A DNA stretch of 64,000 nt from Nitrososphaeria archaeon (GTDB lineage Archaea; Thermoproteota; Nitrososphaeria; JACIWG01). Numbering within the stretch: the stretch's first letter is position 1; the number at the start of each line of letters is the position of its first letter. Below are positions 47,108-57,332 of the stretch, piece after piece. Under the pieces are notes generated by a model. The model was not told the origin of the DNA. It made no database searches and saw nothing but the letters and a program-made list of their open reading frames with translations. The DNA is taken from NCBI GenBank assembly GCA_050011875.1, contig JBEKIG010000004.1:160001-224000 (forward strand), written 5' to 3'. Position numbers and translations under genes: made by a program.

Positions 47108-48670
47108 TCAGTGAGACTGACTTTGGACATCCACATCCTTTCTTATCCTGCTCTTTTCGATATCCAAACCATTCCATGTTATTGAATAGCCCAGAGCTTC
47201 GATTACCTGGTACGGTTCTTTTATGTTGTTTGCTTCAACAGCCTCCAACGCTTCAGAGAGCTTCTCTATCCCCATTAGACTAGTTTCTATTTTTTTTAGA
47301 ACTGAGTCGGATATGAAGTAGTCACCAACCCTCTTGTAGCCTTCGAAGGTTAGGGTTGAAAGAACCTTCCTGGCAGATTCGACACTAATCGAATTACCTC
47401 CTGCTATGTCTTCTATTTTTACTATATCACCTGCCAATTTGATGTCCCTAAGCTTTGATGCATGAGACTCGTTTTCGATAACACCTTTCTCGCGCTCCTT
47501 TAAGTGTTCTATTATAGGCTTGATCGACACATCATCCTTATAGTATACGACTTGGATTTTTAGGTCGCGGAGTCTAGAGCACGCGTACTTTTCATTCACT
47601 GCGACAATTAAGTCGACATCTTCCACCGTTTCAAGCTTTGCGATCTTTCTTTCAAGATAGTCTGGGGTCCAGAATCCAACGATCTCCAAGTACACCTTCA
47701 TATTGTATTTCGTAAACCTGAAGTCAGGTATCAGCACATGTCTGCCCACAGGCAGAGGTTCAGGCTCTCTTTCGAGCACCCATCCGGAGCCGTAAGCGTT
47801 GAAGGTTTTGGCAAATCGTTCTTCAACACTGCTATCATATGTCTGTTTGGATGGTGTGTCTTCTGATCCAGTGCTCTCGATCAACCCCTTCATCTCATCG
47901 CTGGTAAGTTTGAATGTGTAGATTCTGTCTTTGTTCCTTCCCAGTACATCAGCTTTAATCCTCCAATAGCCCGATTCGATCACCGTTAGTAGAAGTTTCG
48001 CCAGCGCTGTTCCATATCTGTCGGTCATTTTAAAGAGCGAAAGTGGGCCGTCGACAGTTACCTTATAACTATCGTCCTCACGTTCGACCGCATACATTAA
48101 GCCCAACCATTTAATAGATCTGAAGATGCTCTTCCAATTTCCTGAAACTGTGAACTCCAGCTTTAGGGATCTAAAGAGCATTGTCTGCGTTATTGAAAGG
48201 TTGTAAGACTTCAACAACGCATCCGGCGATATTGGACTGAAGTCCTTTAGGATCAGTTCTTCTTCGACGTCGGAATATAGTACTTTTTCAAGAGCTTCAG
48301 CATGTATGCCAAGCTTCGCTGAGACTTCTTGGATAACTCTCCCCCTTTGCTCAACGTCCACTACTCTGACGTCGCTTGCCTTTTGGAACACCATCATCCT
48401 GGCTTCTGCGGGATCGATAGGCGCATCGGATTTAAACACACTTCGCCTTTCGAGAAGAGCGAACAACCCTCTTACGAACCTGTAATCGAAGCCTTCATCT
48501 TCAAGGGTTCTCAGCTTTTCCATCATCTCTCCCTTCCTTCTACCCACATTGTTTCTAAAGACTTCAATAACCCGTCCAGCGAAGTTCAAGTCGCCTTCTT
48601 CCAAATGCGCGTATACGGGGTTAACCTGCCCATGTGAAACTCTAACCCTTAGAAGGTCATATGCAAGCGT
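47108..48670 (-). CDS. bax1: Bax1-like DUF790 endonuclease (frame open to ACG at 48670)
   Basis: YNLSITQTML, DGPLSLF..TDRYG, YDSSVEERF, REPEPL, PDF, EIVGFWTPDYL; downstream of XPB. Confidence 0.92.
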   Translation of the reverse strand, partial: TLAYDLLRVRVSHGQVNPVYAHLEEGDLNFAGRVIEVFRNNVGRRKGEMMEKLRTLEDEGFDYRFVRGLFALLERRSVFKSDAPIDPAEARMMVFQKASDVRVVDVEQRGRVIQEVSAKLGIHAEALEKVLYSDVEEELILKDFSPISPDALLKSYNLSITQTMLFRSLKLEFTVSGNWKSIFRSIKWLGLMYAVEREDDSYKVTVDGPLSLFKMTDRYGTALAKLLLTVIESGYWRIKADVLGRNKDRIYTFKLTSDEMKGLIESTGSEDTPSKQTYDSSVEERFAKTFNAYGSGWVLEREPEPLPVGRHVLIPDFRFTKYNMKVYLEIVGFWTPDYLERKIAKLETVEDVDLIVAVNEKYACSRLRDLKIQVVYYKDDVSIKPIIEHLKEREKGVIENESHASKLRDIKLAGDIVKIEDIAGGNSISVESARKVLSTLTFEGYKRVGDYFISDSVLKKIETSLMGIEKLSEALEAVEANNIKEPYQVIEALGYSITWNGLDIEKSRIRKDVDVQSQSH

Positions 48671-48689
48671 TATCCATCACCACTCAGTC

Positions 48690-50132
48690 TTAATCCTCCG
48701 TCATTCTGCTCCGTTTTCTTCTCCAACTGGTCCGTGTTTCTGATGTCCCACTCGACACGATTTCTATCAGTTTGGCTTTTTTCCCTTCCCTCTTCCTCAG
48801 TAGTCTACCTAACCTCTGTATGAATTCTCTCGCGCTACCTGTGCCGCTTACTATGATCCCAAGGGACGCTTCAGGTACATCTATTCCCTCATCCAACACC
48901 TTAGAGGTTACTACCGCCCTGAACCTTCCATCTTTGAAACGCTTCAGTATTTCATGTCTCTCTTCTTTGTCAGACATATATGTTATGTAAGGGATAAGGA
49001 AACGCTTTGATATACGGTACACTAGGTCGTTATGTTGTGTGAAGATGAGTGTTCTGTCTTCAGGGTTTGATCTCAGTATATCCTCCAAGGCTTTGATCTT
49101 AGATTCTGAGTTGAGGGCTATGTCCTGCGCTCGATTTCTAGCGAGTAGCGCCTGTCTAGCGTTTCTGTCTCTCGCCGTAAGCATGATAAACTTCCTAAAT
49201 TCATCAGGCGAAGTGATTCTTATCTTCCCACTTGATAGGTAGTCAGAGAACACCCTCCAGTTCCTTCCATATTCTTCCTTCTCTTCATCTGTAAGTTCAA
49301 CGCTTATTCTATGGAGAGTATACGTTGAGAGATACCTTCCTGTAAGATCTTCCGGCTTTCTCCTGTACACGACGCCTCCCGTTAACCTCGGCAGCTCTTT
49401 ATGGAGCATGTCCTCCCTTTCATAGGTCGCCGTCAAGCCCATCCTATAAGGAGCTGTGAACATTTCCGCGATCAACCTGTAACCTTCAGCCGCTAAATGG
49501 TGAACTTCATCAAAAATAATGAGGCTGAACCTGTTGCCTATCTCACCCGCCTTAAGATATGCGGAGTCGTAGGTGGAAACCGTTAGAGAGCCAATCCGAG
49601 TGTCTCCTCCTCCGTAAACTCCAATTTCGATCCCGAATTCCGCTTCAAGCCTGCTTCTCCACTGCTCTACCAGATCTAGAGTTGGCACGATAACTATTGA
49701 CGACTGGTCAACGAGTTCGATGGCCTTGATGGCTATGACAGTTTTTCCAGAACCCGTAGGAAGCACTATTATCCCCTTCCTCCCACCTTTATCCCAAGCT
49801 TCCAACGCATCTTCTTGATAGTCCCTTAAGTGGATCCCGCTTCTCAAGTTCGGCGATGGCACAAGGTTTTGGACGGTGTCGCTAAAAGTCATCCTACTGT
49901 TCCTAAGATATTCGACTATTTCTTGATAATATAGCGCTTGAGCCCTAAAAGCTCTAACTCTGTCGTCCCATACGGCGTACGGTATTCTAACATCCCCTCT
50001 GACCAGTATGCTACCTCTATCAAAGGATAGGACCACAGGCTGCAACGGTAAACCACAAGCCATCCGGTGTTCGGCGTTTACAGCGTATAAAGTTATATAA
50101 ACAATCGGAATGAATTCACTTAATCTGTACAT
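48690..50132 (-). CDS. xpb: XPB/Rad25-like SF2 helicase (start probably ~50063)
   Basis: LRDYQ, LPTGSGKT, DEVHH, GLTAT, VLDEGIDVP, QRLGR. Confidence 0.94.
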   Translation of the reverse strand: MYRLSEFIPIVYITLYAVNAEHRMACGLPLQPVVLSFDRGSILVRGDVRIPYAVWDDRVRAFRAQALYYQEIVEYLRNSRMTFSDTVQNLVPSPNLRSGIHLRDYQEDALEAWDKGGRKGIIVLPTGSGKTVIAIKAIELVDQSSIVIVPTLDLVEQWRSRLEAEFGIEIGVYGGGDTRIGSLTVSTYDSAYLKAGEIGNRFSLIIFDEVHHLAAEGYRLIAEMFTAPYRMGLTATYEREDMLHKELPRLTGGVVYRRKPEDLTGRYLSTYTLHRISVELTDEEKEEYGRNWRVFSDYLSSGKIRITSPDEFRKFIMLTARDRNARQALLARNRAQDIALNSESKIKALEDILRSNPEDRTLIFTQHNDLVYRISKRFLIPYITYMSDKEERHEILKRFKDGRFRAVVTSKVLDEGIDVPEASLGIIVSGTGSAREFIQRLGRLLRKREGKKAKLIEIVSSGTSETRTSWRRKRSRMTED

Positions 50133-50283
50133 TCATTGCGCCATATCAAGAGAGAATGTCGAAAAAGATCTGGCAAAAAACAAGTTTGGAAAGATGCAGA
50201 TTAAGGGAATGTTAACGGAATTGCACCAGCTTGTTCTAATAACGCATCTTTAGACGAGTATATCACAAAGCATTTGCTGGGCT

Positions 50284-51144
50284 TTAGGTTCTTACATTTT
50301 TGTTAACTAGGTAGATGCCAAATAAAACCACAGCAACACCAATTATCTGATACAGGTTAACGGTTTCATTAAGTAAAAACGCTCCTGCGATAAAGGCTAT
50401 TACAGGAATCAGTAGACTCGACGAAGATACAGTTGTTGCATCCTCATTCTTAATAAGGTAGAACCATAGGAAGAATACTAATACGGTTGATAGGACTGTC
50501 GCATAAACTATTGATAACAAATAAGTTGGCTCATATATGAAGCTGATTCCACCTGTGGCAAGCGCCAGAGGAAGCACTATAAAGGAGCCGACTGCGACCC
50601 CTGAGAAGCTGATCCAGTAAGGGTGAACTGAGCTAGAAATCAGTTTATAATAGACTATCGACACAGCCCAGAGGAACGCTCCAATCAACAGAAAAAGAAA
50701 AGATTCTAAAGTTCCACTTCCTAATTCCTCCAGATAGATGATTCCTATCCCAACAAATCCCAGCAGAACGCCTACGATCTTCACTTTCGTAATCTCATTT
50801 TTAAGGAACATCGCTGATAAGACAAAGACGAATAATGGCTGTGTGTAGGTGACAATAGCACTTATGCCTGAACCCTCAACCTGCAGCGCTAACATCATGA
50901 AAACCATACTAAACGAGTAAATAGCGGATTGTAGTATAACATTTATGATGTTTCTAGAGTCTCTATGAAATCCGTTCTTGATAAAAAAAAGAAACGGAAC
51001 CATCATAAAGGCTGAAAAGAAGAATCTCTGAAAAAGATAGTTCATTGAGCTCGTATAGCTGAGTCCTATCTTCATGTTAGCCCAGTTAAAACCCCATATT
51101 ATTGCAACAACCAAAATAATGATCAAATCCTTTCGATTCTTCAA
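50284..51144 (-). CDS. DMT/EamA family transporter
   Basis: ~10 TM, IIWGFNW and duplicated EamA pattern. Confidence 0.9.
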   Translation of the reverse strand: MKNRKDLIIILVVAIIWGFNWANMKIGLSYTSSMNYLFQRFFFSAFMMVPFLFFIKNGFHRDSRNIINVILQSAIYSFSMVFMMLALQVEGSGISAIVTYTQPLFVFVLSAMFLKNEITKVKIVGVLLGFVGIGIIYLEELGSGTLESFLFLLIGAFLWAVSIVYYKLISSSVHPYWISFSGVAVGSFIVLPLALATGGISFIYEPTYLLSIVYATVLSTVLVFFLWFYLIKNEDATTVSSSSLLIPVIAFIAGAFLLNETVNLYQIIGVAVVLFGIYLVNKNVRT

Positions 51145-51461
51145 GCTCTTTTATCTCTGGATATGACCGACTGAAGAGCCCTTTATTAAAACGTATTCAT
51201 AAAGATTTATTGGACTCCGTACATATGAACTGTATACATCAAGATCACAGATCTTGAACCATCCTATTCCAGACATCAATTTACACTCCTAATGTTCTAA
51301 TCATTCTCGAATATGTGGTCTGGAGATGAACGACCCCGAAACGAACTTATATATTACTGGTCTTTTGATTGAGATATGACAAATTTGTTAAAGCAACAAA
51401 GACTTATTGCGAATTATAAGGTTCGCTTTATTGAAATCTTAATTGCCTATGGTGAATCTTA

Positions 51462-52208
51462 ATGGCTAAATTGGACATTCTTATGCAGGGTTCAGGTTTT
51501 AGGACAAACCTTGTGTCACTTGGAATCTGCACCATCGCTCTTATACGCGATAGAGGCAACATACTCGTCGACACAGGGCACTTTGGAAACAGAAGGCAGA
51601 TCATCGATGCTTTAAAACGTTTAAATCTTGCACCCTCAGACATTGACAAAGTAATACTCACCCACTCACACTGGGACCATAGTTTAAACGTCGAACTCTT
51701 CAGAAACGCAACTGTCTTCATAAACTCTAAGGAATTGTCCTATGTACGTTCAGTCAAGGGGGACGACTGGGCGACTTCCATCAGCTTAGGTATGATTTTG
51801 GAAAAAATGAAGACTGAGATATTGGAGGGCGACAAAGATCTTTCAAATGATGTCGGGGTAATAGAGTCTCCAGGTCACTCTCAAGGACACCAAGCAGTCT
51901 TTGTAAGAACTGATGGAGGAACCGTTCTCCTCACAGGAGATGCGATGCCTACTCTAAGATCCTATATCAGGGGCCTACCGGACTACATCGCGACCACAGA
52001 AGATGAAGCTAGGCGAAGTATCGCTAAGCTGAAGGCTTTCAAACCCTCTACGTACTACCCTGGCCACGACAGGCCATTCCGCATTGACGGAGAGAAGCCT
52101 GAATACCTTTCTCATTCAGAAATTAAGGTCATCTTCAGGAGGGAGACAGAAGAGAACTTTGGAATAGTCCTTGGAACAGAGGCTGCTGATAAGCCTGAGA
52201 AGGTTTAA
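51462..52208 (+). CDS. Metallo-beta-lactamase-fold hydrolase (AHL-lactonase-like)
   Basis: VDTG, THSHWDH, SPGHSQGH, TGDA, PGHD. Confidence 0.92.
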   Translation: MAKLDILMQGSGFRTNLVSLGICTIALIRDRGNILVDTGHFGNRRQIIDALKRLNLAPSDIDKVILTHSHWDHSLNVELFRNATVFINSKELSYVRSVKGDDWATSISLGMILEKMKTEILEGDKDLSNDVGVIESPGHSQGHQAVFVRTDGGTVLLTGDAMPTLRSYIRGLPDYIATTEDEARRSIAKLKAFKPSTYYPGHDRPFRIDGEKPEYLSHSEIKVIFRRETEENFGIVLGTEAADKPEKV

Positions 52209-52682
52209 TGGAGATGCAATTGGCAAACGGCACTTAAAATTATATGCCGGATTCGATCTACACTTTCCGATTTGAATTTACAAGGATTTACATCGGTTAC
52301 TAGCAGAGCTTTTAAATCACTAATAATTGTGCTTGCTTTCTTGTTCACAAAATCTCTACAATGGAGGCACAGATATTAGCTAGCCCAGCTAGTGTAGCAG
52401 AATCTTTTACAATTAATTCAATAAAAAAAGCAGCCATATGTGGAAACCGATCAAGTAGACTTATCACATAAACCGTAAAGATACGCAAGATGATTCTAAC
52501 CTCTACTATTAACTTACACCTTGTAAAGACTTCACGATAGTAAGCCTGATTTTCCAACCCAATGCAATAGGCCAGCAAAGACGAGTGTAATTGGGTTTCA
52601 CAAACACGTTGCAAATGTGCTAATATCTCCTTAACAGGCCAGTAAAAGTTCATAAACATCTCATAGAAAAGAGATTCTGTTC

Positions 52683-53537
52683 ATGTCATACCAGCCTAGC
52701 ATAAGATCACCCCGTGGTCCACGACGTGGAATGTCGCGACGTGAGAAGACCGAGGCCAAGACTAAGAGAAAGAAACATCGATCTAGCGGTAGCAAAATGT
52801 GGGAGGAGAATCAAGCAACGACCTCAGAAGAGGTTATAGACAGAACTCTTAACATGATACACAGTCTAGGAAGACAGAAATTTGGACTACCACCTTTTAG
52901 CGATCACTTTAGCCGCTGGCTTATTAATCTAAGAGGCATCGTATCCGAGTTTGAGTCAAGTAAAGCAAGTGTGGATGATCAATTCTTGAAAGAAAGTTCT
53001 CAAATACTCTCGAATATTGAGCTTGAACTCGAAAAAGGAAGGCAGCAGGAAGCTTCTTGTCGGGAGGTCATCAAAAATCTCTCGAACTACAGGATTCTTC
53101 TTGAACAAATCAAAGAAGAGTATGCCACCAAGGCCAAAGAGATAGAGGGGCGGAAAGAGAGTCAAATCAAACGTTTATCCAGCAATATAGACGATTTAAG
53201 AGAAGAACTGACCTACATTTCTCGATTGAAAACTGGCATCTTCAGAGCTCTCACGGTTAAAGCTAAGGCGCAAAAAGAGGCGGAAGCGACTCAGAGACTT
53301 AATTCAGCTGAAAAGGAGCTAGAATCAGCTGTGAAAAATTTTTCTTTAGAGCAAAAAAACCTATTAGACGAATACGAAAAAAGGAAACAGCCAATTATCG
53401 AACAGATACAAAACCAAGAGAAGGAGATCGAAAACCAAGAGGTTGACAGCTCAATAGAAGCTAGAGGAATCGCATGCGAAGCTCTTGTAAATACAGTGAA
53501 CGCACTTGTTCAGAGAAAAAGATCAATGGTTCATTAA
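52683..53537 (+). CDS. Long coiled-coil hypothetical protein with basic N-terminus
   Basis: Arg/Lys-rich N-terminal ~40 aa, LGRQKFGLPPFSDHFSRW, extended heptads. Confidence 0.75.
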   Translation: MSYQPSIRSPRGPRRGMSRREKTEAKTKRKKHRSSGSKMWEENQATTSEEVIDRTLNMIHSLGRQKFGLPPFSDHFSRWLINLRGIVSEFESSKASVDDQFLKESSQILSNIELELEKGRQQEASCREVIKNLSNYRILLEQIKEEYATKAKEIEGRKESQIKRLSSNIDDLREELTYISRLKTGIFRALTVKAKAQKEAEATQRLNSAEKELESAVKNFSLEQKNLLDEYEKRKQPIIEQIQNQEKEIENQEVDSSIEARGIACEALVNTVNALVQRKRSMVH

Positions 53538-53590
53538 ACTGTCCCTCAAGAAGATGTTCTCTCGCAGTCATAGGAAAGAGAAGTTGAACT

Positions 53591-53671
53591 TGCATCAAAT
53601 TGATGCATCGTTCACGTTGCATGCCCTCTTGCAATCCCATAAAAAAAGGGTTTAAAAAAAAAGGTTTAAAT
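53591..53671 (+). promoter_or_regulatory. 17-bp palindrome plus tandem BRE/TATA-like boxes upstream of a probably leaderless gene
   Basis: TGCATCAA-A-TTGATGCA (53591-53607); A-run-GG(G)TTTAAA twice; ATG ~26 nt after the second TATA. Confidence 0.5.
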
Positions 53672-53696
53672 ATAATTTTTCCCGATGCCATAAATT

Positions 53697-54788
53697 ATGC
53701 TTTGCCCTAAATGTGGTACTCAGCTTCCAGATAATGCGACCTTCTGCATGAAATGTGGAGCCCAAGTTGGCGCGACTGAACAGCCAAATCAGGCACAACC
53801 TGGTGCAACTGAGCAGCCAAAGCAGGAACAACCCTCGATGGCACCGATATTGGCGCCTTATGGGGCTACGGTCCTAAATTGCCCCAGTTGTGGTGCCCCA
53901 ATTTCACCAAAATTCGGTGAGATGGTCATAACTTGCGAGTACTGCGGAAGCGGCATTACTTTGGGAACTCAGGGATGGACTGGCATACAAAAGCAGACAA
54001 TGCTTACTCTGAAAATTGCCAGCGTTGACGAAGTGAATTCCATAATCAACCCAATGATGGACAAGGGTCTTCTACATAGACACCTCCAAGAGAACTCTAC
54101 CCAAGAGGAAATGAACCTCTCATACGTACCTTACTGGATCGTAAGTGTCTCCGCACGCACCACTGTAGTCGCCCAAAATGTTGCCGCGCAAGTTGGACAA
54201 ACTGCTACGACCGCCGCACTGATGGGCGTCATATTGGGAGGGATGGGTGGCGGGTTTGGAGGCGGAGGAAGAGCAGGCCGCAGATTCGCTTTAGGATACG
54301 AAGGAATAGGAATAACTGGCTTGTTCAGCGGGGGTTTCAGGTTGGTTCGAAACATGGCCTTCGGAATGGGAATGGGATACGGTGGCGGGGGAATAAGGAA
54401 AACCGAGCAGTTGGACGCGAACTACAACTTTCCTGTGGTTGCACTAAAAGCGCTCACGGAATATCAGCCACGGGACTATCAATTTGCTCTCGAAGGCAGA
54501 ACTCTGTTTGACATCACAAAGTTGCCCAAGAACATCAAGATCCTTAACGGAGACATCAGCGAAGACGTTGCGAAGTCCCAGGCAAAGACCCTAGTTGATC
54601 AGCTGCAATCAGAGAAGGCGCACGCAAAATATCACATGATCCAACAACTAGATACACAGTCGGACGTCGGGGACGTAGAGTTACTCCATGTTCCAATATG
54701 GTTCGTGAGGTACGATCACAAGGGAAAGAAGATTGCGCTGGTCATTGATGCAAACTCCGGCTACGTGATCAACAGCCTCGGTCTCTGA
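53697..54788 (+). CDS. Double zinc-ribbon protein with Gly-rich insert
   Basis: CPKC..CMKC, CPSC..CEYC, YVPYW, HVPIWFVRY. Confidence 0.8.
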   Translation: MLCPKCGTQLPDNATFCMKCGAQVGATEQPNQAQPGATEQPKQEQPSMAPILAPYGATVLNCPSCGAPISPKFGEMVITCEYCGSGITLGTQGWTGIQKQTMLTLKIASVDEVNSIINPMMDKGLLHRHLQENSTQEEMNLSYVPYWIVSVSARTTVVAQNVAAQVGQTATTAALMGVILGGMGGGFGGGGRAGRRFALGYEGIGITGLFSGGFRLVRNMAFGMGMGYGGGGIRKTEQLDANYNFPVVALKALTEYQPRDYQFALEGRTLFDITKLPKNIKILNGDISEDVAKSQAKTLVDQLQSEKAHAKYHMIQQLDTQSDVGDVELLHVPIWFVRYDHKGKKIALVIDANSGYVINSLGL

Positions 54789-54972
54789 AGGCGAAGACAA
54801 ATCTAGAGATATTGATAGCCGTACCTTAAAGCAAATCTTCAAGGACCTATCTAGCGCGCTAGTTTCATATAATGTAATGAATAGATACATGTTCCGATAA
54901 AATCGTCTATGATCCAATCTCTAACTTACATTAATATTACCCTAATACAGAGTATATTATAGGATATAGTTA

Positions 54973-55365
54973 TTAAGACCTCTCGATTAGTTCAATAAGC
55001 GTTCCATCAGGATCTTCTATGAATGCTATAACAGAACCTCCTGGACCAAGCCTAAAGGGTTCGTCGGTTATCGTAACCTTTCCATTTCTCAACATATCAA
55101 TAGTTTTTTTCATATCCTTAACGTCAAAAGCAATGTGATCAAATAGACGGTCTTCGTAATCGGCTTGAATAAAATTCTTCTGTCCCTTATAAAAGGTAAG
55201 CTCAAGGCTTGCTCCCTTCCCTTCCGGATCCTGTAAGAACGCGACCTCAGCATTATTCTGCGGGATCTCCCTCCGTCTTATGAGTTTTAGGCCCATCATT
55301 TTAGTGTAGAAGTCTATAGATCTATCCATATTTCTTGTTCGGACGCTAGTGTGAACAAAAATCAT
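54973..55365 (-). CDS. VOC/glyoxalase family protein (lactoylglutathione lyase-like)
   Basis: HTSVR..NMDRSIDFY, LELT, HIAF, DPDGTLIELIE. Confidence 0.92.
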   Translation of the reverse strand: MIFVHTSVRTRNMDRSIDFYTKMMGLKLIRRREIPQNNAEVAFLQDPEGKGASLELTFYKGQKNFIQADYEDRLFDHIAFDVKDMKKTIDMLRNGKVTITDEPFRLGPGGSVIAFIEDPDGTLIELIERS

Positions 55366-55455
55366 AACTCTTCACCGCTTAACATATCTATCTTTTGAAT
55401 ATAAATTATCGCTACACATTTTATGTTGATAGCCGATGATTAAAAGTTCCTGTTT

Positions 55456-55797
55456 TTACCTAAAGACCTTACCGCTGATGTGTAAATCTGTTCTTTCAGT
55501 TAATCCCTTTCCAAGTACCCCATCTAGGCGTTTTGAAACTTTCCCATTTTTGAATAGAAGTACTGTAGGTACTACTTCCACAGAATATTTATTCAAGAGA
55601 TTTAACTTATCATCTATCTTTACACATAAACAATTTTTTACATTATCTTTAGCATATCTCTCAAATACCGGTAAGAACCTTGAGGAAAAAGGGCACCAAG
55701 ACGCATAGAAACGAATGAAAACTTTATCTTTGGATTAAAGTATGTTGTCGAGGTCACCTTCGCCATCGATTAGCTTGCAATTATCGATTTTACTCAT
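55456..55797 (-). pseudogene. Thioredoxin-family gene (WCPFS) with internal stop; not in ORF track
   Basis: MSKIDNCKLIDGEGDLDNIL*SKDKVFIRFYASWCPFSSRF...YSVEVVPTVLLFKNGKVSKRLDG; TAA at 55735-55737. Confidence 0.85.
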
Positions 55798-55815
55798 CAA
55801 ACTTCTCTCTCCATG

Positions 55816-56517
55816 TTATTCGGGATAATGGCTGCTGTCACAGAAAGGTTTGTTTGAAGACTTACCGCAGCGGCAAAGGGTAACTCGATTGCGAACTTCG
55901 TAAACCTTTCCGTCAGCTGATTCGATCGGAATGCCACCGCGAACCCAGAGGGGACCACTAACCCCTACTTTGGGGTCTTCAACCAATATAATGGACCTTT
56001 CAAAATCTGGTTCCATCGCTTTTCCATTTTTTTTATCCCAAACAACTAAAGTACCAGATGGGCAGTCCCCAGCTTCTTCGATGGCTATTCTATTAGCTTC
56101 AGGGTCATCCTTTTGCGATACCAGATCCCAGATTCCTCCAGCTCGGTGGCAGAAACGTGCTGATGCGCATAAACTCTCATCATCGGTTAATTTTAAAACT
56201 GGACCAACGATCTCTTTAGCCCTATTAACGTAAGGTTCACGACTTCCCGTCTCAGTGCAGTTGAAATTAACTTTTGAGTGTGTCCCATCACAGAACGGTT
56301 TTTCCTTAGACTGGCCGCAGCGGCAAAGGGTGTAATTCTCATGAGGTGGGTATTTATTGCTCACTTTCCACTCAACAGAAGTTCCTTCATTGTCTGTGCC
56401 GATTATCATCTTTATCAAGGGGATTCCACCAGAAACAAGATAGGGACCATTCTTGCATACCTTGATCTTACACTTATCATTGATATTCCCTATATAATTT
56501 ACGTTCCTAGTCGTCAT
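55816..56517 (-). CDS. CDGSH iron-sulfur protein (2 CDGSH domains plus divergent ferredoxin)
   Basis: LCRCGQSKEKPFCDGTH, CASARFC..CPSG, LCRCGKSSNKPFCDSSH. Confidence 0.93.
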   Translation of the reverse strand: MTTRNVNYIGNINDKCKIKVCKNGPYLVSGGIPLIKMIIGTDNEGTSVEWKVSNKYPPHENYTLCRCGQSKEKPFCDGTHSKVNFNCTETGSREPYVNRAKEIVGPVLKLTDDESLCASARFCHRAGGIWDLVSQKDDPEANRIAIEEAGDCPSGTLVVWDKKNGKAMEPDFERSIILVEDPKVGVSGPLWVRGGIPIESADGKVYEVRNRVTLCRCGKSSNKPFCDSSHYPE

Positions 56518-56753
56518 ATCCTAATCTTTCTCTTTCCCTATTGAGACCTCAAAGAAGAGAATTAAATGTATCCATAAATTGGTCACAATAAATTTTGTAA
56601 TATATCATTTTATTCATGATTTTTAACATGATATAATATCGTTCTTTCTAAATCATTGATCTTCAGCAAAAAGCAAATCACCGCAAAGCATTATTATCTT
56701 AAATACCAAATTCCAAATTTTCTCAAGCATCCGTTCTTTATTAAAAGAATCGG

Positions 56754-57332
56754 ATGTTAGAAACCTTTATTAAATATGAGCTAGAAATTAATTCTATGTC
56801 TGCAAGGCAAATATGGATTATGCGCGACTATCCAAAATGCACCGGCTGTCGAAGGTGTGAAATCGCGTGTTCCCTATACCATGAGAAGAAAATCTGGCCT
56901 GAAGCATCTAGGGTAAGAGTTTTCATGCTGGCTCCAGGTCTAGAATATCCACACTTGTGCACCCAATGCCATGACTATCCTTGTGTGGAATCCTGTCCAA
57001 CAGAGCCTAAAGCGCTTTCAGTTGATGCGAAAACTGGTGCTGTTCTTGTCGATCGGGAACTTTGTATCAGCTGCATGAAATGTATTAAAGCGTGCCCGGG
57101 TCACGTCCCATTCCTTCACCCTAGTGATAAAAAATCAACCATCTGCGATCTTTGCAACGGTGATCCACAGTGTGTTAAGGTCTGCCAAGAAGCTAAGTAT
57201 GATGTCTTAAGGACAATACAATACGATAAAGGGAAAGGCGATGCGCTTATCTTTAAAGTTTATGCGAAAACACCCAAGGAAATAACGGAAGGGCTCTCCG
57301 AGTTAATTTATGGAGAGAATTTTGAAGTGTGA
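56754..57332 (+). CDS. 4Fe-4S dicluster protein, AOR partner (start probably 56796)
   Basis: CTGCRRCEIAC, CTQC..PCVESCP, CISCMKCIKACP, CDLC..CVKVC. Confidence 0.93.
   Translation: MLETFIKYELEINSMSARQIWIMRDYPKCTGCRRCEIACSLYHEKKIWPEASRVRVFMLAPGLEYPHLCTQCHDYPCVESCPTEPKALSVDAKTGAVLVDRELCISCMKCIKACPGHVPFLHPSDKKSTICDLCNGDPQCVKVCQEAKYDVLRTIQYDKGKGDALIFKVYAKTPKEITEGLSELIYGENFEV

Noticed and set aside
47108-50132. XPB plus DUF790 as a novel defence system
   Set aside because: This is the established archaeal XPB-Bax1 helicase-nuclease pair
52345-52659. 104-aa - strand ORF
   Set aside because: No recognisable motif, atypical composition, overlaps the likely promoter of the 52683 gene
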